Sequence record: CP025327.1
Strand: one strand, 5' to 3'
DNA: 32,000 bases
Positions 1-11,531 of the stretch are shown piece after piece. A model generated the notes under the pieces. The model searched no databases and was not told where the DNA came from. It saw only the letters and a program-made list of their open reading frames with translations. The position numbers and the translations under genes are program-made. Every line of letters begins with the position of its first letter. Position 1 is the first letter of the stretch.

Positions 1-357
1 ACATTTATATTATATGTAATACATGATATATTAAGTTAATGTATATTTATATTATATATAATACATGACATACTAAGTTAATGTACATTATATATTATGT
101 GTAATATATGATAAACTTATATTAGATATGATAAGTTAATATTATATATACTAAGTTAATTTACACTAATCTATTATGTACTAATTATTTTATATAATTA
201 ATATTAATTAAATATTAAATATAATAAATATATTTTATTTATTAGATAATCAATATACTATATTATTATAATATATATAGCAATTAATAATTCTATATAA
301 TTAATACTAATTAGTTAAGAAATTAATAAATATTATATTTCTAATGTCCATTATATG

Positions 358-513
358 GGTCTACTAAATAGGTCTACTAAATAAGTCTATTAAATACCTC
401 TATTAAATAAGTCTATTAAATACTTCTATTAAATAAGTCTATTAAATACCTCTATTAAATAAGTCTATTAAATAAGTATATTAAATAAGTCTATTAAATA
501 AGTATATTTAATG
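358..513. repeat. Tandem array, 13-bp unit (consensus AGTCTATTAAATA), 12 copies
   Basis: Units counted directly at 358, 371, 384 ... 501 with no indels. Variation is confined to the first 2-3 bases of each unit (gg/ag/cc/ct). Confidence 0.9.
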
Positions 514-1880
514 GTTAATAAGTTAATATTTATTAAATATTGAATATGTACTATTTATTAATAAAGTAATTTATTTAATATATACTATACTATTTAGTAA
601 ATGTAATTTATTTAATATATACTATACTATATACTAAATTATTAATAAGTTAATATATTTAATATATATTATTACAGTAATATATTATGTTAATATATGT
701 TATATCTCTAATATAGACTATACACTATATACTATTTATTAGTCATCTTATTAGTCATCATTTACTATTGACTATATCTCATTTATGAGTGATGATTTAC
801 TATTGACTATATATCATTTATGAGTGATCATTTACTATATACTAATGAGTAGTGACGATTAACTATTGATTATATACTATTGATTAGTATACTATAGATT
901 ATATACTATTTATTAATAACTATTATTATTTACTATTGATTAGTTTACTAGAGATTATATACTATTTATTTGTTACTATTATTATTTACTATTCATTAAT
1001 TGATTAATAAGTTTATATTATGTTAATTTAGATTATCTATATATTATGTACTTGTACTTGTATTTATACTTGTACTTGTACTTGTATTTATACTAAATGC
1101 TTATATATTTAATATATATATATTATAGACTAGATATTTAATAAATCATAGATTAGATATTCAATATTATATTAACTATAATATAATGTGAATAAGAATT
1201 ATATATTATATTATCAATATATACATAATATAATATTAATTATACATAATGTATGTCTATTATATATTAGTTATAATATAATGTAACATATCCATTATAT
1301 ATTAATTATAATATAACATATCCATTATATATTAATTATTAATTATAGTATAACATATCAATTATATATTAATTATAGTAAAACATATCAATTATATATT
1401 AATTATAATATAACATATCTCTATTATGGATTAAATATTCTATTAATTAAATAGTTAGTATTATATTAATTATATATCACATATATTATATATTCAATAT
1501 TGTATTAATTATATATCCAATATATATTATATACTCAATATTATATTAATTATATATTCAATATATATTATATACTCAATATTATATTTATCCAATATAG
1601 ATTTACTCAATATTATATTTATCCAATATAGATTAAATACTCAATATTGTATTTATCCAATATAGATTATATACTCAATATTGTATTTATCCAATATAGA
1701 TTATATACTCAATATAGTTAATAAGATATTTAATATTATATAGAATAGTTTATAAATTAGATATTTAATCTTTTATTAATTAAATAGAATATATATTATT
1801 TACTAATAATCTAATGTGAACTCTAATATATTAAGTATTAAGTATTAAGTAATATGAATACTATTACTAAGTTTAATGTA

Positions 1881-2288
1881 CACTATAATGTACACTGTAA
1901 TATAGACTATAATGTACACTATAATATACACTGTAATATAGATTATAATGTAGACTATAATATATATTATAATATACACTGTAATATAGATTATAATATG
2001 GACTATAATATAGATTATAATGTGGACAATAATGTACACTGTAATATATGTTCTAATGTAGACTATAATGTGCACTACGATGTATACTATAATATACACT
2101 ATAATGTATAATATAATGTACACTCTAATGCATGGTATAATGTATACTCTAATGTATGATATAATGTATGGTATAATGCATACTATAATATATGATATAA
2201 TGTATGGTATAATGCATACTATAATGTATGATATAATGTATACAATGATCTACAATATAATATCTATTATAATCTACACTATTAATAA
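1881..2288. repeat. Tandem array, 12-bp unit (consensus CACTATAATGTA), 34 copies, with a 36-bp higher-order structure
   Basis: Every unit was read in register from 1881 to 2288 (34 x 12 = 408 bp) without a single indel. The core TAAT is nearly invariant, and unit positions 1-4 and 10 vary. 36-bp superunits occur, for example tgatataatgta-tggtataatgca-tactataatata repeated around 2149-2230. Confidence 0.92.
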
Positions 2289-2290
2289 GT

Positions 2291-2400
2291 ATAATTATTA
2301 ATTATAATATAATGTGCACTATCACTAAGTATAATTATAATATAATGTACAATATCACTAAGTATAATTATAATATAATGTACAATATTACTAATTATAA
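2291..2400. repeat. Tandem repeat, about 33-bp unit (actaagtataattataatataatgtacaatatc), about 3.3 copies
   Basis: The word actaagt/actaatt recurs at 2324, 2357 and 2390, exactly 33 bp apart. Confidence 0.8.
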
Positions 2401-3387
2401 GATTACTTTATCATTTAATACACACTATAATATAATGTTCACTATTATTTAATGTTTACTATAATTTAATGTTCACTATATATAAAAATTATATGTTAAC
2501 TCTAATATTCACTACTATTTAATACAATATTTATTACTATTTAAGACAATATGCATTACTATTTAATACAATATTCACTGATTTAATTTGAAATATTAAT
2601 ATGAAATCTCAATATAAGCTATTATTATAAAAAATTAATATGTAATCTCAATATGAGATATTAATAAAAAATCTCAATATTAAATATCAATATTAAATAT
2701 CAATATTAAATATCAATATAAAATATTATATTCACTACGATTTAATATGAAAAATTAATATGAGATATTAATATGAAATATTATATTCACTACCATATAT
2801 TATTAAATATTATATTATTAAAAATATAATCTAAAAATATAATATAATGTTGATAATTATTAATATTAAATGTAATATAATGTTGATTATTATTAATATT
2901 AAATATAATCTAATGTTGATTAATATTAATCTTAAATATAATATAATTATTATTGTAATACTAACATAATAAATATATACTATTTAATAAGTTTAATCAA
3001 TATTTAATAAATATATATTATTTAATAAGTTCAATGAATATTTAATAAGTATAGATTATTTAATAAGTTCAATAAATATATACTATTTATAAGTCTAATC
3101 AATATTTAATATTAACTATAATGTATCTTAAGTTTAATGTATATTTAATATTAACTATATAATATATTAAGTTTAATGTATATAGGATATTAGCTATAAT
3201 ATATATTTAATATTAGCCATAATATATGTTAAGTTTAATCTATATTTAATAATATATATTAAGTTTAATGTATGTTTAATATTTACATTAATTTGTAATG
3301 TGTACTATTTACTAATATTAATATTTAAATATAAAAAGATCAATATATTATATTAAGTTTAATATATACTACTATATAATCTATATA

Positions 3388-3450
3388 CCCTACCCCCCAG
3401 GGTTATACCCCTAAGGGTAGTTATTAAGTGTCCCCCTTTACAGGGAGGAT
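3388..3450. other. Isolated bipartite GC cluster with hairpin potential
   Basis: Sequence: ccctaccccccagggttatacccctaagggtag (3388-3420), then the AT linker ttattaagtg, then tccccctttacagggagga (3431-3449). It contains runs of C5-C6 and G3 in an otherwise almost G/C-free 5.7-kb spacer. Local stems are possible: TACCC-ctaa-GGGTA (3406-3419), CTACCC/GGGTAG (3390-3395 with 3415-3420), and an imperfect TCCCCC/GGGAGGA. Confidence 0.7.
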
Positions 3451-4694
3451 TACATAAGTTAATCTATAATATTCTAGTTCTCAATATATTTAATTGTGAC
3501 TACTATATTTTATATATATACTATATACTACTATATTTTATATATATACTACTATATTTTATATATATACTATTTATTAAGTCTTATATTTATTAGATTA
3601 TTATAGACTTTATATACTATTTATTAAGTATTATATATTATAATCATGAGTTATAGACTTTATTTACTACTTATTAAATCTTATATATTATTATAATGAA
3701 TTATAGACTTATATTAATATGATTAAGATGTAAAGGAATATCTTAAATAAATCATATATTTCTAATATATAGCTTATATATTTAATATACCTTATATAGT
3801 AAGATATAGCATATATATCCTATATGTCTTATATATATTATATACCTAATATACCCTATATGTCTTATATATATTATATACCTTATATATATTATATATC
3901 CTATATATCTTATATATATTATATACCTTATATATTATATACCCTATATAGTATAGATATCTCTTATCGAATCTTATAAAGAATATTATAATCATATATT
4001 TTTATAATCATATATTCTGAATATATTGACAAATAATAAATATAATCATATATTCTGAATATATTGCTAAATAATTAATATAATCATATATTATGAATAT
4101 ATTGCTAAATAATTAAATATAATTATATATTATCACTCTAATCATAAATAATAAATATAATAATCATAATTATATATTATCACTCTAATCATAAATAATA
4201 AATATAATGATCTCATATAAATAATAGGATCTTATAAATAAAAGGACATCTTATAAATCTAATAGGACCTTATAAAGAGAAGGACACCTTATAAATCTAA
4301 TAGGACCTTATAAAGATAATGAGATATATTGACTATAATAATATATTATAGATATAATGATATCTTATAAAGTATTTGTACTCTAATAATATCTTATAGA
4401 TATAATAGGATTATATAAATATAAATATAAATAGATATATATAATATAGCATACATATGATATCTTGATATAAAATATAAATATATGATATAACATATAT
4501 ATGATATCTTGATATAAAATATAAATATATGATATAGCATATATATAATATAACATATAGATGATATCTAGATATAAAATATATGAGTAAAATCTCTAGT
4601 CCAATATATAATATATTAGTAAAATCTATAGTCCAATATATTAGTTAAATCTATAATCCAATATGTCATATATTAGTAAAATCTATAATCCATT

Positions 4695-4764
4695 ATGTAA
4701 TATAAATTATGTAATATAAATTATGTAATATAAATTATATAATATAAATTATTGAATATAAAGT
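4695..4764. repeat. Tandem array, 14-bp unit (atgtaatataaatt), 5 copies
   Basis: Units start at 4695, 4709, 4723, 4737 and 4751. The last two are diverged. Confidence 0.85.
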
Positions 4765-5716
4765 CCTATATCTACTATATAATATTGAATATACCCTATT
4801 ATTAAATATAATAATATCGAATATACCATATATATTATATATAATAATATTGAATATATGAGCTATATTATATGTACAATATTGGATATATCAACTATAT
4901 TATATGTACAATATTGAATATTGTTAACTATATTATATGTCTATATATTGAATATATTACATGTGCAATATAGAATATTGTTAACTATATTATATGTCTA
5001 TATATTGAATATATTAAGAGTCTTATCTCGACTATATTATATATACTTAAAGTACTATATTGTATATCTGACATATACTTAGAATACTATATTGTATATC
5101 TGACATATACTTAGAGTACTAATAAGTACTTAGTGTATTAATATGTACCTATAATACTAATATGTACATATTGTATTAATATATACTTAGAGTATTAATT
5201 TGTACTTAGAATATTAATATGTACTTAGTGTATTAATATGTACTTAGTGTATTAATTTGTATTTAGAGTACATATATTGAATATATGATATATACAATAT
5301 TGAATCTAAACTTATAGTATAATATTGATTATATGATTGAGTAATCTATAAAATTATAATAACTATATACTCCATGATATATACTTGTTATTATAATCTA
5401 TATATCTTGATATATGAATTAAATCTATAGTCCAATTTATACTATAGGAAATATCTAAAATATATATATGATAATATATTTATAATAATATAACATATTT
5501 CAAATCTTATATTTATTATTAAAAATCTAAATCTAATATAAAAGATATATTAATAATAATATAATATAATCATAATAATATATATTAAATTCTGAGAATA
5601 AAGTCTATATTAGATATTAAATTAAGAGAATAAAGTATACATTTAATGTATATATATTAAAGTCTACATTTGATATATAATATATTATTATTTATAATAA
5701 TAAAGTATACATTTTA

Positions 5717-5789
5717 AGTCTACAGATGGACTTGAACCATCAGTCCAAACATTAACAGTGTTTTGCTTTACCAATTAAGCTATGAAGAC
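5717..5789 (-). tRNA. trnN: tRNA-Asn (anticodon GUU)
   Basis: The reverse complement folds as a cloverleaf: GTCTTCA-TA-GCTT-AATTGGTA-AAGC-A-AAACA-CTGTTAA-TGTTT-GGACT-GATGG-TTCAAGT-CCATC-TGTAGAC-T. The T-loop is canonical (TTCAAGT). The anticodon loop is CT-GTT-AA. There is one U-U mismatch in the acceptor stem. Confidence 0.85.
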
Positions 5790-6308
5790 TTTAGTTTTAT
5801 TCTTTATATCGGAGATATATTATATGGAGACATATTTATATTGAAAATAAATTTATTATATATTCTATATGTTTATTGGATTAATGATATTAATATATTA
5901 ATATTTTATTCCTATATATAATTTATATATAATTTATAACTTAGGGTACATATTATATATAAATGATTATTTAATTTATAACTTAGGGTACATATTATAT
6001 ATATCTCATATATATTTATAGCTCTGTATATATATAATATAATATATATATATAAGTTAAATGAAAAGTTAATTAATATTAATATTAATTTTTATAATTA
6101 ACATAAATTAATGTATCTAATTAATCTATTATTATATATCTAATAATATATTAAAGTTAAGTAATCTAACTATTAAATATAATATCTAACCTAAAGTATA
6201 AATAATATAAAATATAACATAAATTATGAATAAATATAATATCTAACCTAAAGTATAAATAATATAAAATATAACATAAAGTATGAAAAAAAAATATATT
6301 ATTTAAAG

Positions 6309-9191
6309 ATAAAGAGAAATAGATTAGTAAGTAAAATAGATTTATGGAAATTAGTATTAATTATATAATAATATTAACCTATATATATACTAGTCTAGTA
6401 TATCCATATAATATATCTACAGGACAGCTTCGTATTTGATATGCTTTCAATACTTATCCTTTATTAACTTAGCTTAACTACAATAACATAAAAAATAATA
6501 AGTACTAATATTTTGAATAAAAATCAAATTTATGTTAATAATTACACCATAGGTTAATTAATCCTGATCCTTTCGTACTAAGGATTAGACCTGTTTATAT
6601 ATTATTACCTATAGTTGATAAGAACCATACTGACTCAAGTCGTATTTAACCCAACTCACGTAACCTTTTAATTGGCGAACAGCCAAACCCTTCTTAGCAC
6701 CTACGACCAAGAGGATAGGTTGAGTCGACATCGAGGTGGCAAACCTAACTTACAATATCTACTCTTTCGTTAGATTACCCTGTTATCCCTAGCGTAACTT
6801 TGATCCGTTATCAGTAACCTTTACAATCAGTATTACTTGTTCATTATGCCTTACTTACGTACTAGTTTCACTTGTTTGTGTCACTATTATAGCACAGTTA
6901 TACCATTATACTTAATAGAATTAATTTTAATTCATTGTTATCTAGACAATAAAACTGTACTTATTTTATTCTAGTATGATTGTTATTAAAAATCAATTTA
7001 TAAAAATCAAAAATTAATATTTTATTTATAATTAGTTTAATTAATTTAAACTTTATAATATTATATTTTTATCTATGGACTTATTCAGTTACTTTATATG
7101 AAAATGACGCCCCATCAAAACTACCAATTAGAGATTGTTTCCTTTAATAAAAAAATTTAAGAATAATCATTAAAAATCAAATAAGGATAAGAATTATTTA
7201 AAAATATTTAATAAGTCTTCCACTTGAGTCTAATCAACTACTTAATAACTCTATAAATATAAAAATAATTCAATCATTCTAATTACAGTAAAGCTGCATA
7301 GGGTCTTTCTGTCAAGCTATAGGTACACAGCATCTTCACTGCGATTTCAATTTCACTAAGCCTCTAGTGGATACAGTTGTTGTATCACTACCTCATTCAT
7401 GCGGGACCATATTTAGTGGACAAAGAATTTCGCTACATTATAATCCTCAGGATAAGACTGCTATTTACGTAAGGGTTGTTAATATCTCCTTGTGAGAAAT
7501 ATTTCTTTATTCCTTATGCATGGAGCAGAGTTCACACCTTATACAACTACTTTATGTATTAGCAAAGTGCGGTGTTTTTAGTAAACAGTTGTACAACTTT
7601 GTCTTTATCATATATAATATATTTTTTTGAATTTTTATATTATATATCTCTATATTGCCTAACGTAAGAGCAATTTTTGCCGAGTTCATTCACTAGAGTT
7701 CTCTTATTCGCTGTCATATTCTCTACTAACATACCGGGGTCGGTTTACATTACGGTATTACTAATGGCTTTTCTTGTACTACTATAGTACTAAATTTAGT
7801 TTAGATATTATATATCTTCTAAATTTTATAGTAGTAGAGGGAACATTAGTTAGAATTTCCTATCGTTAGTATATTTTTATTATTACTTAACTTAAGGGCC
7901 GTACTTTTATAGTAAAACCTTATGCTTTAAGCGATGAAGATTTAACTTCATTTTCGTTACTCATGTCAGCATTCTCTATCTAATTAAGTTATTAAATTAA
8001 TTACTCAGAATTAATTTATAATTATATTATATTTATTAATTATAATATGACTTTCATTAGATGTTCCACTACTATATATATACATAAAAAAAATTATTAA
8101 TTTTACGTATATAAATATATAAGAACGGTAATATTATTAGATCCGTATATTGTCCAATATTATTATATATATAAATTAATTAACTAGTGCATTGTTACAT
8201 GTTCATTAAAGGATGGTTATTGTCAAACCCACCAACTAGTAGTTTAATATAATAACATTGTTTATTTCACTGGTAATATGTTTTGGAACCTTACTTAATA
8301 TTCAGGGCTGTTTCCCTTTTGACTATCTACCTTATCACATATAGTCTGACTCCTATTTATTATGATTATTCCCTTCCGAGGTCTAGTATCATTGATAGAA
8401 TCATTATAATCCCCCAATAATATTTAAATATATATAGAGATTAAATCTATATTAATATTTAAATTTGGATACTAGGAGCTGTACTGATATAATCACTATT
8501 TTAGGGCTATACTTTAATATATTTCGTGGAAAACCAGCTATCTGCATACCAGATTTGTCTTTCACCTCTTATCACATCTCATCAGATGTTATTGCAACAA
8601 CAACCTGTTCGACCGTTTTATTATATATAATATATATATATAATTAATCCGCCTGGACATGATAAGATCGTATGCTTTCGGGTTTATTATATTTAACTAA
8701 GATTTACTTGATTTAGATTCTAGTTAATTACAATTCTTTTAATTGAATTTTGCTAAATATAATAACTTGCTGACCCATTATACAAAAGGTAAATTATTGA
8801 CATTTTTATTTTTGTCTATAACTGCTTATAGAAATACCATTTTTATACTTTCCCTTACGGTACTTTATATGCTTATTATCTGTATTTAGTCTTAGAGTTT
8901 GTTTACCCTATATTCATACATAGTTTCTTACATACTAATTGTTAAGACTTTACTTAGTTCGCTCACCACTACTGTAAGTATCTCGGGTGATTTGTGTTCC
9001 TTAAGGTACTTAGATGTTTCAGTTCCCTTAGTTATTTATTTTTAGGTTTCCCTTAGGTTTTGATATATAGCTAGGCTATGAAAGAATTGTTAGTCTCTTA
9101 TATCTTAGTAACCTACACAGATAATAACTTTGTACTCCATGATATTCCCTTTAATTCTATTAAACACATTTCAAATCTATTTCTCTTTATT
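6309..9191 (-). rRNA. rnl: Mitochondrial large-subunit ribosomal RNA, intronless
   Basis: On the minus strand, universally conserved 23S-type blocks occur in the correct order. These are GGGAACTGAAACATCTAAGTACC (about 9000-9033), GTACCGTAAGGGAAAG (about 8851-8866), TTTTGTATAATGGGTCAGCAAG (about 8760-8790), GATAGCTGGTTTTCC (about 8530-8550), GGGAAACAGCCC (about 8304-8320), GAATGCTGACATGAGTAACGA (about 7950-7975) and AAACCGACCCCGGT (about 7731-7750). They continue with GAACTCGGCAAAAATTG (about 7670-7690), GTAGCGAAATTCTTTGTC...GACAGAAAGACCCTATGCAGCTTTACTG (about 7290-7440), TAGGGATAACAGGGTAAT (6774-6791), GGCTGTTCGCCAATTAAAAGGTTACGTGAGTTGGGTT (about 6645-6690) and the sarcin-ricin loop AGTACGAAAGGATCAGG (about 6563-6585). 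The ends are set by a promoter nonamer at 9191-9199 and a perfect 17-bp end-pairing inverted repeat (6309-6325 with 9174-9190). They have not been mapped experimentally. Confidence 0.95.
6774..6791 (-). other. Intact omega (I-SceI) homing site inside rnl; no intron inserted
   Basis: The plus strand reads attaccctgttatcccta. Its reverse complement is TAGGGATAACAGGGTAAT, identical to the canonical 18-bp I-SceI recognition sequence, and it is flanked by contiguous rRNA sequence. Confidence 0.8.
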
Positions 9192-9199
9192 ACTTATAT
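9191..9199 (-). promoter_or_regulatory. Yeast mitochondrial promoter nonamer ATATAAGTA, candidate rnl promoter and transcription start
   Basis: The plus strand reads tacttatat, so the minus strand reads ATATAAGTA, a perfect match to the S. cerevisiae-type mitochondrial RNA polymerase promoter consensus. An A follows at +2. The motif sits directly against the 5' strand of the rnl terminal helix, about 160-190 nt upstream of the GGGAACTGAAACATC block, which matches the spacing expected from E. coli 23S numbering. Confidence 0.6.
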
Positions 9200-9200
9200 T

Positions 9201-9400
9201 ATCTCATATAATATATCATATACAGTTTTATATTAAATCTCATATAGAATCTCATATAAAGTTGCATATATAGTCTCATATATAGTCTCATATAAAATAT
9301 CATATATAGTCTCATATAAAATATCATATATAGTCTCATATAAAGTATCATATGAAGTTTCAGATAATGTTTCTTATAAAGTATCATATAAAGTTTCAGA
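9201..9400. repeat. Tandem array, 12-bp unit (consensus AGTCTCATATAN), about 16 copies
   Basis: The word catata (or cagata/cttata) recurs at 9205, 9217, 9241, 9253, 9265 ... 9397, always a multiple of 12 apart. The array starts 2 bp beyond the rnl promoter nonamer. Confidence 0.85.
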
Positions 9401-9500
9401 TATTATATTAGATAAAGTATCTCATATAAAGTTTCAGATATTATCTTAGATAAAGTATCTCATATAAAGTTTCAGATATTATCTCATCTAAAATATCAGA
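9386..9500. repeat. Tandem repeat, 38-bp unit (cagatattatcttagataaagtatctcatataaagttt), about 3 copies
   Basis: The word cagata occurs at 9397, 9435 and 9473, a 38-bp spacing. Confidence 0.8.
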
Positions 9501-10073
9501 TATATTTATACCCTATTATACTTTATATATTTATACCCTATTATACTTTATTTTAGGATGTTCATACTATTATTTTGTATTTATACCATTCATTTATTAT
9601 TGGGATTTGATAATTTATTATTCTTGTTCCCTGAAATTAATTTATAATTTATCTTTCTTAATTATTTATATTATTTATATTATTTATATATATTTTTTCT
9701 TATAATTATACTATTCATATATATTTTGTTTAGATATATCATTTATATATGTTATGCATATTTTTACCTATATTATGTAAATTTATATCATATAGTTACT
9801 ATATTCTTATTATTACACATATAATGTAGATATCATATTAACATATACAATGTAAAGATAATATAATATTTTATAATTAACACATATAATGTAGAGAGAA
9901 TATAATTAACACATACAATGTATAAATAATATAATTAACACATACAATGTATAAATAATATAATTAATACATATAATGTATAAATAATATAATTAATACA
10001 TATAATGTAGAAATAATATAATATTTTTATGTTGACACATATCATATAAATATAATATTTTATATTAGCACAT

Positions 10074-10129
10074 ATCATGTAGATATTATCATGTAGATAT
10101 TATCATGTAGATATTATCATGTAGATATT
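10074..10129. repeat. Tandem array, 14-bp unit (atcatgtagatatt), 4 copies
   Basis: Perfect copies start at 10074, 10088, 10102 and 10116. Confidence 0.9.
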
Positions 10130-10310
10130 ATATTAATTCATATAATCTAAATATATATTCCTATATTATATTTTCATATTAATACATCTCATATAGATAT
10201 TATATTTCTATATTATATTATTTAACAGTTCATTCTTATAATTCATTATATTATTAATATAGTTTATTTTTGTTTTAATAATTAATCTTTGATTTATATA
10301 GTTCATTTAA

Positions 10311-10420
10311 GTAAAATATTGTAAAATATTGTAAAATATTGTAAAATATTGTAAAATATTGTAAAATATTGTAAAATATTGTATAATATTGTATTATATT
10401 GTAGAATATTGTATAATATT
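10311..10420. repeat. Tandem array, 10-bp unit (gtaaaatatt), 11 copies
   Basis: Seven perfect copies are followed by gtataatatt, gtattatatt, gtagaatatt and gtataatatt. The array is in register with the 10-column sequence layout. Confidence 0.95.
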
Positions 10421-11531
10421 TATAGAGATTATATATCTTATTTAAATAGGTCATATTATATTTAGATCTTTTATAATTATATTATGATATCTTAATTTAT
10501 TAATATTTATAAACTTATTGAGATTTATTTATTAATACTTCTAATAAACCTTTATAATAACTTATTATTATATTAACATTTTATATACTAACTTAGTAGT
10601 ATATTAAGATATTATATACTAACTTATTATTATATTAAGATTTTTTATACTAACTTAGTTATTATATTAAGATATTTTATACTAACCTATTATTATATTA
10701 AGATATAATTATATATTAAGAATTTATATATTAACCTATTAGTATATATAAGATTTAATTATATATTAATATATTAAGATATATATTAAGATATATATTA
10801 ATAATATTTACAAATATATTAAGATTGAATAAATTATTAAGATCTATAAATTAACTATCTTAAATCTATTATGATTTATTAATATCTGAATATTTAATTA
10901 AATGTAAATGTAAATGTAAATGTAAATATAAAATATAATATGATTTAGATATAATATTATGACATATTTCTGTTATAAATATATAATATTATGACATATT
11001 TCATGTTATAAATATATAATTACAAAATAAATTTATTGTTACGGAATACTGAACTACTATTAAATAACTTAATGTAATAATATATTATTAGTACAAATAA
11101 TCTATTACTAAGAAATATATTTACTACTTAATTTTGGTACTACATAGTTTATACTAATCTAATCTATTATATTAAATAAATCATATTACAGTATATTAAT
11201 AATAATGTAGACTTATCTCATATTCAAGTATATTAATAATAATATAGACTTATACCATATTCCAATATATTAATATATTAATAATAATGTAGACTTATAT
11301 TCAATAATCATAATTAGATTTATATTTAATAATTAGACTTATATTATATAATAAGAATATAGACTTAAACTTATTGAAGTATAATAATAATAATTATATT
11401 TATATTATTATTCAAGTATAATAATATATATTATATTTATATAATTATTGAAGTATAATAATAATAATAATAATAATTTAATTTATATTAAATAATAATA
11501 TTGAGATATAATTTTATAATAATATTATGAT

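Noticed and set aside
1881-2288. Dozens of TATAAT (-10 box-like) hexamers
   Set aside because: The word is part of the repeat unit in an AT-saturated organellar genome. Yeast mitochondria use a phage-type polymerase with the ATATAAGTA motif, not sigma70 promoters.
1845-2301. Three overlapping ORFs (92, 85 and 77 aa) on both strands with YN(I/V)H or MY(T/D/G)I peptide repeats
   Set aside because: They lie entirely within the 12-bp tandem array. A period divisible by 3 in stop-poor AT sequence opens several frames on both strands at once. The peptides are pure low-complexity repeats with no resemblance to mitochondrial proteins.
8465-8647. 60-aa plus-strand ORF
   Set aside because: It lies antisense within conserved rnl sequence (around the GATAGCTGGTT block). 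It has no protein similarity evident and no intron context that could host an ORF.
6400-9100. Possible group I intron or omega-type insertion in rnl
   Set aside because: All conserved rRNA blocks are contiguous and the omega site is uninterrupted. The AT-rich stretches inside rnl (for example about 6900-7080, 7590-7650 and 8040-8200) match the positions of variable expansion regions rather than introns.
9199-9387. 62-aa minus-strand ORF (MILYKKHYLKLHMILYMRLYM...)
   Set aside because: It is an artefact of the 12-bp array upstream of rnl and overlaps the promoter nonamer. It is a repetitive peptide only.
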